Below are positions 49,497-58,323 of a stretch of 64,000 bases of DNA, one piece after another; the first letter of the stretch is position 1; every line of letters starts with the position of its first letter. Source of the stretch: an uncultured virus (IMG/VR IMGVR_UViG_3300023117_000015) (taxonomy: Duplodnaviria > Heunggongvirae > Uroviricota > Caudoviricetes). Both the position numbers and the translations under genes were made by a program. The stretch lies in the IMG/VR virus record IMGVR_UViG_3300023117_000015. One strand, 5' to 3'. The notes beneath the pieces were generated by a model. It was not told where the DNA came from. It was given only the letters and a program-made list of their open reading frames with translations, and made no database searches.

Positions 49497-51848
49497 ATGG
49501 CCCAACCAGCCTCATTAGAAATGATTGCCAGTAATATTAGTCAATTTAATGGTAATTATAGAAAACTTTCCGAAACACTTAAACAAACATCTGAAAGATT
49601 GGATACAGGTTCCGCATCAGTAGCTTTGCAACAGTTGGGAGATGTGATTTCTGCATCACAAGACTTATCTGTTGGAGAGTTGAAAAAAACAAGAAAAGAT
49701 CTTAGTATATTAAAAGAACAAGTAAACCAATCAAACAGAATTTCAGAAGGCGATAGAGAAAATATCTTATCTCTAATTTCAAATCAGGAAAAAATTGTTT
49801 CGCAAAATACAACTCTAGCAAAAAGAGCGGCAGATTTCGTACAAACAAAGGTGAAAGAAAATTCTATTGATATTACTGGTGTAGTTTCTGGTGCGTTAGC
49901 AGAGTCTCCAGCTCTCGCCATGGGCGTTACATTCATTGGTAATAAAATAAAGGAAATGCGTGAGGCCGCAAAGGAGAGAAAGGCACAAAGGGCGGAAAGA
50001 ATTGCCGCACTACAAGAGCAGGAAAGAATACAAGACCAAGAATACGAAGCACTTCGCGGCGTCATAACGAATCAACAAACATTAGAAAAAATGAATATGT
50101 CTCAAGAAGAGGCAACCCAAAATGCAATCGCGGCAGGCAAAGATTATCAAGAGTATGTAGACGAACTAAAAAATACATTAATTACCGAATCTAGAAGTAG
50201 GGCCCAACGAGAACAACTAGAAAAAGATAGGATTGAGGCACTAGACAGTCTCAGAGAAAAATACGCAATTTCAGTTGGTGGGGAAACAACCGATTCTAAT
50301 GATAGTCCAGTATCAACACCCAACAAATCACCATCAGTTAGTGGCGGCGGAGATGGGTTTGAAAGAATAGAAGATGGTTTGCATGAAGGAACTCCATACT
50401 TAGCGCAGATAAGAGATCTATTAAGTTTCATGGGAGATGAAACTACAGGTGATATAGAAACGCAAAGAGAATCAAAAAGACTCGAACTAAAAAAACTGAC
50501 TGAAGCAGAAAGAACAAATGAACTACTAGAAAAACTTTTAAAGGTTGGTGGAGTGGGCGGTGGAGCAGGAAACGAAGGTTCACTATTAGATACCGCCGGT
50601 GATATCGGCGGGGCACTTGCTCTTGGTTCAGCGGCATTGACACAAGTAAAAGGACTTTTTGGTAAAGTTAAGAGCTTCTTTGGATTTGGTGGAGCTCCAG
50701 AAGGAAAAGCAAAAGTAAAGTCAACAGCAAAACCGATTAAACCAAGAGGAAGATTTGGCAATCTTTTCAGGCTTGGTACAAAAATTACTGCGACAGCTGG
50801 TGGATTTTTAGGACTTAATAAACTATTTGGTGGCGCTGATGATGCAGTTGCCCCAAAACCCGCAGCATCTAAAGGATTTTTAAGAAATACATTTGATAAA
50901 CTAAGGGGCGTAAACAATACCCCAGAAGTAGTTACTAGAACAGCTCCAACGGTTGGTAGAGATGCAACAACAGGAAGATTTACAAAATTGCCTGCGGCCC
51001 CACCACCACCAAAACCATCAATTATCGCAAAATCTTTTAATAGTGTGAAAAATATAATACCAAAAGGAATGTTTGGTAGAAGTTTGGGATTATTGAGTGT
51101 GGGATTTGGTGCATATGATGTTGCGCAAATATTAAAAGACGAAGATTTATCAAAAAATGAAAAAACAGAAGAAGTTTCTGCTGTAGTGGGTGGCACAGGC
51201 GGTGCAATGGCTGGAGCTGCAGCTGGAGCTATAGCGGGCTCAGTAGTACCAGTTGTAGGAACTTTACTTGGCACACTTATAGGTGGTGCCGCAGGTTATT
51301 TTCTTGGAGACAAAGTGGGTAGAGAAGCTTCTAATATTTTTAAAGCTCCAGAAAGTGTAGAACTAAATGAAGAAGGTAAAATCATAACTAAAAAAATTGA
51401 ACCAATGATTGGTGAAAATTTACCGGAAAAGGTCGAACCCAGACCAGAAAGAGTTGGAAGAATGATGCCAGGCCAGGCTGCAGAACTAAAAAGGAAACAA
51501 TCTGAATGGGACGCCTTATACGGATTAAGTTACGACAAGGACGGCAACTTACTTTCACAAGAAAGACAGAGTATAAATATAAAGTCAGATGAAATACAAA
51601 AACAACTAATGTTGACAGACAGACAAAAAGCAGCTTTGTTAGCAAGTCAACAAAGGAATTCTGCTATGAAAGAAAACGCATTGAATTCGGCACTACCAAG
51701 TGCCGTGGATGGTGCAAAGACAGCTATTGTCAATGCACCTACATCAGTAACGAACAATAGTTCGTCAACTGCGATAGTAATGCCTAGTGTTAGAAATAAT
51801 GAAATGGCACTACTACAGTCTCATAACCTACTTAAAGGAGGATGGTAA
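49497..51848 (+). CDS. Tape-measure / baseplate hub gp29-like protein
   Basis: 783 aa, helical N-terminus, Gly/Ala-zipper hydrophobic segments (GAMAGAAAGAIAGSVVPVVGTLLG), C-terminal IVNAPTSVTNNSS..VRN motif; follows gp26/gp51. Confidence 0.7.
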   Translation: MAQPASLEMIASNISQFNGNYRKLSETLKQTSERLDTGSASVALQQLGDVISASQDLSVGELKKTRKDLSILKEQVNQSNRISEGDRENILSLISNQEKIVSQNTTLAKRAADFVQTKVKENSIDITGVVSGALAESPALAMGVTFIGNKIKEMREAAKERKAQRAERIAALQEQERIQDQEYEALRGVITNQQTLEKMNMSQEEATQNAIAAGKDYQEYVDELKNTLITESRSRAQREQLEKDRIEALDSLREKYAISVGGETTDSNDSPVSTPNKSPSVSGGGDGFERIEDGLHEGTPYLAQIRDLLSFMGDETTGDIETQRESKRLELKKLTEAERTNELLEKLLKVGGVGGGAGNEGSLLDTAGDIGGALALGSAALTQVKGLFGKVKSFFGFGGAPEGKAKVKSTAKPIKPRGRFGNLFRLGTKITATAGGFLGLNKLFGGADDAVAPKPAASKGFLRNTFDKLRGVNNTPEVVTRTAPTVGRDATTGRFTKLPAAPPPPKPSIIAKSFNSVKNIIPKGMFGRSLGLLSVGFGAYDVAQILKDEDLSKNEKTEEVSAVVGGTGGAMAGAAAGAIAGSVVPVVGTLLGTLIGGAAGYFLGDKVGREASNIFKAPESVELNEEGKIITKKIEPMIGENLPEKVEPRPERVGRMMPGQAAELKRKQSEWDALYGLSYDKDGNLLSQERQSINIKSDEIQKQLMLTDRQKAALLASQQRNSAMKENALNSALPSAVDGAKTAIVNAPTSVTNNSSSTAIVMPSVRNNEMALLQSHNLLKGGW

Positions 51849-52082
51849 ATGGAGATCTTAAATAAAGTAAAGACATGGGCAGGCGCCTTAGCCGAGGCGG
51901 GTGTTAGTCTTATTGGATTGGGAATCGTATTGGAAATTTTGTTTAGTGGTATGAATGTCCCTTTCTGGCCAGATGTTGCTGTGACATCTAATATTTTAGG
52001 ATTGCTAGGAAACTTTAGTGACCAAGGTCTAGTAGGACTTGTTGCTCTTGCAATTTTGTGGCATATTTGGAATAAAAAATAA
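51849..52082 (+). CDS. Small membrane protein
   Basis: 77 aa with two hydrophobic segments (GVSLIGLGIVLEILF; GLVGLVALAILW). Confidence 0.7.
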   Translation: MEILNKVKTWAGALAEAGVSLIGLGIVLEILFSGMNVPFWPDVAVTSNILGLLGNFSDQGLVGLVALAILWHIWNKK

Positions 52083-52090
52083 TTTCAACA

Positions 52091-52225
52091 ATGTTTCATA
52101 AAAATTTGGATGGCATTAGTTTAATTATTTTAGGATTGATTATTCTTTTGGCCAAACCAGTTGCAACACTTGCAGCATATGTAGCCATAGTAGTTGGTGC
52201 ATATTCGATTTATAAAAAATTTTAA
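52091..52225 (+). CDS. 44-aa hydrophobic membrane protein (below the ORF-track cutoff)
   Basis: MFHKNLDGISLIILGLIILLAKPVATLAAYVAIVVGAYSIYKKF*, ending just before the terminator. Confidence 0.6.
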   Translation: MFHKNLDGISLIILGLIILLAKPVATLAAYVAIVVGAYSIYKKF

Positions 52226-52230
52226 ATAAG

Positions 52231-52258
52231 AAAAAAGAGGGCGAATTTCGCCCTCTTT
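52231..52258. terminator. Rho-independent terminator between convergent transcription units
   Basis: aaaaaagagggcga-att-tcgccctcttt. Confidence 0.85.
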
Positions 52259-52405
52259 CCAACCGTAAGATAACTTATTATTTTTTTCTCCTAAAATACT
52301 TCAAATAATTTGTTATCGAAGCTTCTCTTTTGTGTATCGGTCTTTTTAGGTGGTGTTATCTACCGTTTTATGGTCTGCTTCACCAAGGAATTATCCGACT
52401 TACCT

Positions 52406-53314
52406 TTAGTCCTCATTCGCAAGTTTCTGAAAATAAGATAATGAGTCGTCATCATCTTCATCTTCATCAGTTTCAAAACTAGAAAGTTTCTCCGCATACG
52501 ATTTAGACTCTACTACTGGAGTTCGAATTGTTTCACTTTCTGTGATAATTTCTTCCTCAGCAGTAGTAGTTGCTTGCACTGTACCTAATACTTTATCCAA
52601 GCGTTCTTTGAGTTGTTCATATGATTTAAACACCTCAGGCGAAACAAACTCTTCCAGAGAATGTTGCATATTATATATATTTTCAAGTTCTTCATCACTA
52701 TCTGACAAAGGGGCGGAGATATCAAATTCTGATTTATCATAATTCTGATAACCATCAACTTTACGGATTTTTAGTTTAAAGTTTGCACCACTCCAAAAAT
52801 CAAATGGGTTGATTGGATCTTCGTCCTCAAACTCTGGACGCATTAGGTCTTGCAATTTGTCAAAGATTTTCTTACCATACTGATAGAGAAAAACTTTACC
52901 TTCATTGTCTGGATTAGCAGGATCTTTGACAACGTAAATGTTAGAGATATATTTCAACTTACGTTTTCTATCTCTAACGATGTTCTGGTTCGCAGTCGAA
53001 CCAGTGTTCCACAACTCTGTATTGGCCTCGCAGACGGGGCATTTCTTGTTGATAGTTGTTAAACAATTATCAATCAGCCAACCGCCAGGGCCTTTGAAAC
53101 CGTGATTAAACACACGGGCCCAAGGCAAATCCTCACCATCAGGCGCTGGGAGGAAACGAAAAACCGCATAACCATTTCCTGTTTTATCTACAGATGGTTT
53201 CCAAAATCTTTCATCTCTATTTGATGATGTTTGTTGTGGGGATACCGTTTTTTCTAATTCTTGTGTAAGTTTAGAAAAGTTAGAACGATTCTTCTTTAAT
53301 GTAGCAAAAGACAT
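52406..53314 (-). CDS. gp32: Single-stranded DNA-binding protein gp32
   Basis: DERFWKP.VDK.GNGYAV.RFLPA, HGFKGPGGW.I.NC.TT, CPVCE.N, YGKKIFDK, YDKSEF, acidic tail LSYFQKLA. Confidence 0.97.
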   Translation of the reverse strand: MSFATLKKNRSNFSKLTQELEKTVSPQQTSSNRDERFWKPSVDKTGNGYAVFRFLPAPDGEDLPWARVFNHGFKGPGGWLIDNCLTTINKKCPVCEANTELWNTGSTANQNIVRDRKRKLKYISNIYVVKDPANPDNEGKVFLYQYGKKIFDKLQDLMRPEFEDEDPINPFDFWSGANFKLKIRKVDGYQNYDKSEFDISAPLSDSDEELENIYNMQHSLEEFVSPEVFKSYEQLKERLDKVLGTVQATTTAEEEIITESETIRTPVVESKSYAEKLSSFETDEDEDDDDSLSYFQKLANED

Positions 53315-53386
53315 GTATTTCTCCTAATATTCGTTGTATGTTTTTGTATTCGATTAAGTTATAGTCTAACTCAAACTATAAGAAAG

Positions 53387-53415
53387 ACTATAACACTATT
53401 TATAACACTTGTCAA
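53387..53415 (-). promoter_or_regulatory. Sigma70-type promoter (TTGACA-17-TATAGT) with a late promoter TATAAATA (53397-53404) nested in its spacer
   Basis: Minus strand reads TTGACA agtgtTATAAATAgtgt TATAGT upstream of gp32. Confidence 0.85.
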
Positions 53416-53433
53416 TAGTGTTTTTCAAAAAAC

Positions 53434-54405
53434 TTATAATCCATTCGGTAAAATTACATAATGAATTGCAAGTACAAGAGCAACAGAAGCACCCAATCCT
53501 ACCATCATTTTACCAAAGTCTTTTGCAACCAATGGAAATACTGATTTGGTTTTCTTCTTACCAAAGTAAGTGGCCATTGCAAGTTCACGACCTGCAAGTA
53601 AACCAACAAACACCCAAGTAGTTGACATTGGAATATCATTCAACTCTTTGAAGAAGTATAAACACAACCAATAGAATAAGTCAATCAAAGTCGCAGATCT
53701 TACATATCTTGTGTTATGTTTTTCTAAAACGATTTGTTGGATTTTACCACCACGTTCACGAAACATAAAAAACAAACCAGAAACAAATACTATCGAAATG
53801 AATATCATCAAATCTACTGGTACTTGTCTTGGCAAGAAAACAGCAATGTTTGCGATATCATGACTTAACCAAGTCCACCATAAACCACCAGTGGCAACCC
53901 ACTGTGCAATTCTCCAATAATTTTTATTTTTTTCGTTTACTGGTTTTGTTTCATCAAACCAATGATGAAAAAACTTATTCAGTCCAAACCAAACTACATA
54001 TGCAAATGCAGCCGCTACACCATAACCCATAATAGATTTCATCAACATTTTTTCCAACACAAAAGTTGAAGCAAATACTGATAAAACTAAGAATGATGTA
54101 GAAACTGGTACACCTATTCGTGTTAATGCAACAAGTAGAGCTGGGGCCATTGCATGATACCACTGGACTTCTTGCCACGGAATTTTATTTAATCTACCAT
54201 AACTGATGTCACCACCATTCATACTCCAACCATACCAGAGTGTTGCTAATAGGACAGCGGAAGCCGCAATCCATAATGTTTTATAGGAAAATCTCTCATT
54301 ATTAGATGCCATCCATGTGCCGAGAGTTTGCACAGAATCGTTTGCAATAACTGCATATGCAGCTAACAGAAAGCCCACTAGGGCCCATAGTGTGAGTGCG
54401 TCCAT
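53434..54405 (-). CDS. Multi-pass membrane protein, PiT/PHO4-like anion (phosphate) transporter; putative auxiliary metabolic gene
   Basis: Many TM helices; two inverted signature-like motifs IANDSVQTLGT and SHDIANIA, plus G.PVSTS and IPMSTT, as in the PiT family. Confidence 0.6.
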   Translation of the reverse strand: MDALTLWALVGFLLAAYAVIANDSVQTLGTWMASNNERFSYKTLWIAASAVLLATLWYGWSMNGGDISYGRLNKIPWQEVQWYHAMAPALLVALTRIGVPVSTSFLVLSVFASTFVLEKMLMKSIMGYGVAAAFAYVVWFGLNKFFHHWFDETKPVNEKNKNYWRIAQWVATGGLWWTWLSHDIANIAVFLPRQVPVDLMIFISIVFVSGLFFMFRERGGKIQQIVLEKHNTRYVRSATLIDLFYWLCLYFFKELNDIPMSTTWVFVGLLAGRELAMATYFGKKKTKSVFPLVAKDFGKMMVGLGASVALVLAIHYVILPNGL

Positions 54406-54461
54406 GTTTAATCCTTTCTTTTCTGCTTGCAGGCTTTACCCCTGCGCTCACATCAGTAATA

Positions 54462-55673
54462 CTATGTTTCAGTATTACCTTTTGGATTAGTAATTTTCTT
54501 CCAACCTACTTTTGTTTTTACTAAAACATTATCTGCTGTTTTAAAATCTACTCCAGCAGAACCAGTAGCCTCCGCAACCTCTTTTTTGTGTTTTTGTATT
54601 AACATATATGACATATTAGCAGAAATAATAAGTAAAACTGCCAACGGATCAAATACAAATATGATCGCAATTATAACCCACCTAACTGCGTTTTCTAATA
54701 TGTCTGTGTTCGCCTCTTGTCCATATATCATCTCTGCAATATATTTAAGTGGTCCAACTTCCGCTTCCAATTTACGATAAGTTGACTCTAACTCAAATTT
54801 TTCAGAATTCAATTTTGTGATTTCATCTTCAGATGTTATTATGGTCGATTGCAATCTTTCTATTCTAACGGTATCGGTCTCATCTAAACCGTCTGTAGTG
54901 ATTCTCACCCTAAGTCTATCAATTAATTCTTGACTCTTGCTCAATTGTTCTGTTTCTTTTGAACGCAATTCAGTAATCTTGGCACGGGCAACATCCAAAA
55001 CATCATCAACCCTACCTTCTTCTCTTTCCCTATACTCAGTGACCTTTTTGGCGGTTTCTGGACCATATTTACCATCTGGTAGAGTACCAATCAAAGATTG
55101 TAATGAACGAATGTCATTGTTTCTCACATATTCTTCTAATAAATCTAAGTTTTCATTAGCAGAATTTATTATTTCATTTTGTTCGTCCACTAACTTTTGA
55201 AAGTTGGTTTGTACAGTTTCTATACGTTCTTCTTCTGCCGAAATTTGTTCATTAATTTCTTTGTTTTTAGTTATATCTTTGTTTTCTAACTTTTCAATAT
55301 TTTCTTCTGATGTTGATATTAAAGTGGACAACCGTATTATCTTACGATCAATCTGTTCTATTTTCGCAATATTTTCTTCGGCCTCGGCAGTTTGTTCTAT
55401 GTGCGCAGAAGATAAGAATCCAAAAATACCCATACTAGTTATTAGCATCAAAACTATAACGGCGGATGTAAGATAAATTTTAAGTAATCTTGGCGCAACA
55501 TTCCAATGTCTGTGAAGCCAGACAGCGGTAACAAGTTTACCAACCTCAAGGACACCACCCATGATTATGATTGGTACTAATGCGGCCGCAAAAATCTTTG
55601 ACAGGCCTATAATTGAATAATAGGCAGCAACTCCACTGATGCTGATTGCCACCAAAAATGTTAAGAGAGTCAA
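54462..55673 (-). CDS. Membrane-anchored long coiled-coil protein with a peptidoglycan-binding-like motif
   Basis: Three N-terminal TMs, about 230 aa of coiled coil containing LQSLIGTLPDGKYGPET, and a C-terminal TM IIFVFDPLAVLL; TTG start. Confidence 0.65.
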   Translation of the reverse strand: MTLLTFLVAISISGVAAYYSIIGLSKIFAAALVPIIIMGGVLEVGKLVTAVWLHRHWNVAPRLLKIYLTSAVIVLMLITSMGIFGFLSSAHIEQTAEAEENIAKIEQIDRKIIRLSTLISTSEENIEKLENKDITKNKEINEQISAEEERIETVQTNFQKLVDEQNEIINSANENLDLLEEYVRNNDIRSLQSLIGTLPDGKYGPETAKKVTEYREREEGRVDDVLDVARAKITELRSKETEQLSKSQELIDRLRVRITTDGLDETDTVRIERLQSTIITSEDEITKLNSEKFELESTYRKLEAEVGPLKYIAEMIYGQEANTDILENAVRWVIIAIIFVFDPLAVLLIISANMSYMLIQKHKKEVAEATGSAGVDFKTADNVLVKTKVGWKKITNPKGNTET

Positions 55674-55674
55674 T

Positions 55675-56343
55675 TTATTCTCCTAGATTATGTCCATACT
55701 CGTCATAGTAATCATCTAAGATGATATTCTTAAACAAATCTTTATAATAATCTATATTTATGTTCAAAAAGACAGAATAATTTTTACACTTCTTTTTAAA
55801 CATAGGAAAGTAAATAGAATCACTTATTTTTTCTTCTTGTGTGTTTAATATGTCAAACATTTCATCAAAGATAATGAAAGTTTCCAAAGATATTTCACCC
55901 AAGTTTTCCATTTTCATAATAAATGGATATTGTCCTTTTATAGATTTGAAAATATTATCAAATCTTAAATCATTTTCTACTGCCTTGTTTATAATTTTAT
56001 AAACATCTTCTTTAAAATTATAAGACATACTCTGAACTCTACGTTTCCATTGTTTATACGATTCGAGAGTTTCGTCGTCTAATAAGTTACCTGTCCACAT
56101 ATACTCACTATTTAAATTAAGGTAAGTTGCAAGTAAAAATTCTTCAAGTTCTTTTTTCGTAAATCTACGAGAAAGTTCTTGAAAGGTAGATTTATCTTGT
56201 CTCTTATGAAACGCAGATTCTTTTAGGCTAGTTTTTCCTTTATATTGTTTATAATCATAATCGCCTTGGAAATGAGATTTCATTGCTACATATATTTTAA
56301 AGGCTTCGAAATCATCCATCTTTCTACTCGACAATATCATCAT
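55675..56343 (-). CDS. gp59: Helicase loader gp59
   Basis: FEAFKIYVAMKSHF..YDY..Y.GK, F..R.D...F..L, Y..WK.R.QS..Y.FKED, ISLETF.I; the start may be a few codons downstream. Confidence 0.85.
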   Translation of the reverse strand: MMILSSRKMDDFEAFKIYVAMKSHFQGDYDYKQYKGKTSLKESAFHKRQDKSTFQELSRRFTKKELEEFLLATYLNLNSEYMWTGNLLDDETLESYKQWKRRVQSMSYNFKEDVYKIINKAVENDLRFDNIFKSIKGQYPFIMKMENLGEISLETFIIFDEMFDILNTQEEKISDSIYFPMFKKKCKNYSVFLNINIDYYKDLFKNIILDDYYDEYGHNLGE

Positions 56344-56564
56344 AGTGGTAATCGTGTTACAGTTTTAGGAATCATATTTAGATTTTCGGCTTCGTATTGT
56401 ATTTTCTCTTTTAAATTAGATGAAACCAATTTAGATACAGATTCTACATCCAAATCATTTTCTTCGCAATACTCTAGAATTGCCTCGATATAAGACAATC
56501 CAAATTCTTTTGCATATTTTTCTATTTCATTACAGAATTCTTTAGTACTTTTCACATTTAACAT
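56340..56564 (-). CDS. gp33: Late-promoter transcription co-activator gp33
   Basis: F..EIE......SYIEAI..YCEEN.L.VE...KL.S..LKEKI..EA..LN..P....LPL. Confidence 0.92.
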   Translation of the reverse strand: MLNVKSTKEFCNEIEKYAKEFGLSYIEAILEYCEENDLDVESVSKLVSSNLKEKIQYEAENLNMIPKTVTRLPL

Positions 56565-56573
56565 AAAAATCTC

Positions 56574-57056
56574 CTACTTTCCTTTTATTCTATAAAAAAT
56601 GTGAGAACCAATTTGAGTTATTCTATCAAGTGTTGGAGCCCAATAAGGTTTTACATATGTCGCATGATAATGTGTTGCACCTTCGGTTATTCCAATATAT
56701 TCACCATGAATATAAAAGTCCCTAGCATATTTTCTAGATTTTTCCCACGAATCAGAATTAGAAGGAACATCTGATTTACCATCACAATACCAACTAAACT
56801 GACAAGTTCTTTTTCCTACTTCATATCCGTCATGCACAACTCCACATATTGTGTTTGGATACTTAGAATGATTAACTCGATTTAAAACAACATCTGAAAC
56901 AGCCATCGCATCTGCAAGAGATGAGGCATGTGTCTCAAAGTAAATATTCAGTGCCAAACATTCTATTGACTTTTCGTCTTCTATAGTATAAGGACCAGTA
57001 GCATTACTACTACTGGCCAAACTTCCTACGACTAATGCAAGGATTAGTTTTTTCAT
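56574..57056 (-). CDS. Cell-wall hydrolase, SleB/Hydrolase_2 family, with signal peptide
   Basis: CLALNIYFE, AV..VVLNRV...YPNTICGVV, CQFSWYCDGKSD, TEGATHYHATYV.P.W, IG.HIFY. The start is reassigned to MKKLIL (57056) because a promoter lies inside the longer ORF. Confidence 0.9.
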   Translation of the reverse strand: MKKLILALVVGSLASSSNATGPYTIEDEKSIECLALNIYFETHASSLADAMAVSDVVLNRVNHSKYPNTICGVVHDGYEVGKRTCQFSWYCDGKSDVPSNSDSWEKSRKYARDFYIHGEYIGITEGATHYHATYVKPYWAPTLDRITQIGSHIFYRIKGK

Positions 57057-57091
57057 TTTACTGCTCTCATTTGTTATTTCGTATGAGAACA

Positions 57092-57120
57092 AATCTAACA
57101 TATTATTTCGAATATGTCAA
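57092..57120 (-). promoter_or_regulatory. Sigma70-type early promoter TTGACA-17-TAGATT
   Basis: TTGACA tattcgaaataatatgt TAGATT. Confidence 0.7.
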
Positions 57121-57131
57121 GCTGTATTAAG

Positions 57132-57353
57132 TTAGTCTTTTTTAGAAACAAAAGAATACATTTCTTTTGCTTTTTCCATTAGTTCATCCATAGAATAAGG
57201 TTGGCAAGATTTGTGAAATTCTTCAGCCGTTGCTTTATTTGCCTCGAACTGCTGTCTCCAAAAGTCCATATTAATTTGGTACTGTTGATCCATGTAGTCT
57301 TTTGCAAGTTTGAGCATATCTGCTCTGATTTCAAATGGGTTTTTGTTTGACAT
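57132..57353 (-). CDS. Conserved hypothetical phage protein
   Basis: MSNKNPFEIRADMLKLAKDY..A.EMYSFV; CAGGAG RBS before the ATG at 57353. Confidence 0.75.
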   Translation of the reverse strand: MSNKNPFEIRADMLKLAKDYMDQQYQINMDFWRQQFEANKATAEEFHKSCQPYSMDELMEKAKEMYSFVSKKD

Positions 57354-57387
57354 TTTTTTCTCCTGTGTTGTGTGTGTCAAATTGTAT

Positions 57388-57639
57388 TTATCGCCTTTCT
57401 AATTCCGAAATTCTTTTTTCCAAAGAATCTATCTGATATGCGATATTCGGATACTTTTTGCGCCATGCATTTTCAGTATCCAGAATCTTTAAGTTATATC
57501 TATCCGCGGCCCAATCGTAAAATTGTTCCATTTTTTTATAGAACCATTTTCCCATTTTTGTATTTTCAAACCATGCGTTTGTAGCTCCGCCCAAAATACT
57601 TCCTGCGATTGCAGATAATGCCCAAAACCATAAAGTCAT
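57388..57639 (-). CDS. Hypothetical protein with a hydrophobic N-terminus
   Basis: 83 aa, overlapping the stop of the upstream gene; GGAG RBS. Confidence 0.65.
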   Translation of the reverse strand: MTLWFWALSAIAGSILGGATNAWFENTKMGKWFYKKMEQFYDWAADRYNLKILDTENAWRKKYPNIAYQIDSLEKRISELERR

Positions 57640-58313
57640 TTTATATTCTCCATGTATTCTGTTACCATATCTCTCATTTGCATTATGTGTTTATCTCTTT
57701 TAGATGTAAACACTTCTGGTTCATCAGAACCATCTACCGCAGCGATGATAACGAGATTATTTATAGGAATTTTATATCTTTCCTCAAACATTACCGCATA
57801 TGCGGAGGCCTGTCTAAAATATTTTTCTAGTTTCCCGTATGGATCGCCTTTCATTGATTGTCTCGAAGTTTTAAAGTCGATGATAGATAACTTGCCGTCA
57901 AACTTGGCGACACAATCGACCGTGCCAGCAAGTTCTAAATGATCTGAATACATGGATTGTTCTTGCAAGTGAATATCGTCTACTGATTCGTCCAATACTG
58001 GTTTTAGTATTCTAAAGAGTTCCATATCAGTAGGTAAAAGTTTTTTAAAATCTATATCAACATTATTTAAATAATCTTCACAAAGATGGTGGACAGCCGT
58101 ACCTCGTCTGGCCGCCTGAGTTGTTATCTTATTTGCAGTCTCTGCACCAACTCTTTCTCTCCACTGTTTTATACCCTTTGCAGAAAACCAGCCAAGTACA
58201 GTTGTCACCGAAGGATATTTGTTGCCTTCTGGTGTAACGTACATACGTTTACCGTTAACATTTTCTGTGATTAGTTTAGAATGTTCAAGATTCAAATCAA
58301 CATGATTAAACAT
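57636..58313 (-). CDS. PD-(D/E)XK exonuclease of T4-like marine phages
   Basis: R.Y.TP.G..YPSVTTVL, RGT.VH...E.YL, AGTVDC, IIDFKTS, Q..AYA. Confidence 0.85.
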   Translation of the reverse strand: MFNHVDLNLEHSKLITENVNGKRMYVTPEGNKYPSVTTVLGWFSAKGIKQWRERVGAETANKITTQAARRGTAVHHLCEDYLNNVDIDFKKLLPTDMELFRILKPVLDESVDDIHLQEQSMYSDHLELAGTVDCVAKFDGKLSIIDFKTSRQSMKGDPYGKLEKYFRQASAYAVMFEERYKIPINNLVIIAAVDGSDEPEVFTSKRDKHIMQMRDMVTEYMENIK

Positions 58314-58323
58314 AAATTACTTT

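Noticed and set aside
50147..51274. 375-aa antisense ORF opposite the tape-measure-like gene (also 9143-9805 and many short opposite-strand ORFs)
   Set aside because: Shadow ORFs arising from the codon bias of the real gene; no RBS/promoter context and no recognisable motifs
57636..58313. Cas4
   Set aside because: Lacks the Fe-S cysteine cluster; matches the common T4-like PD-(D/E)XK exonuclease
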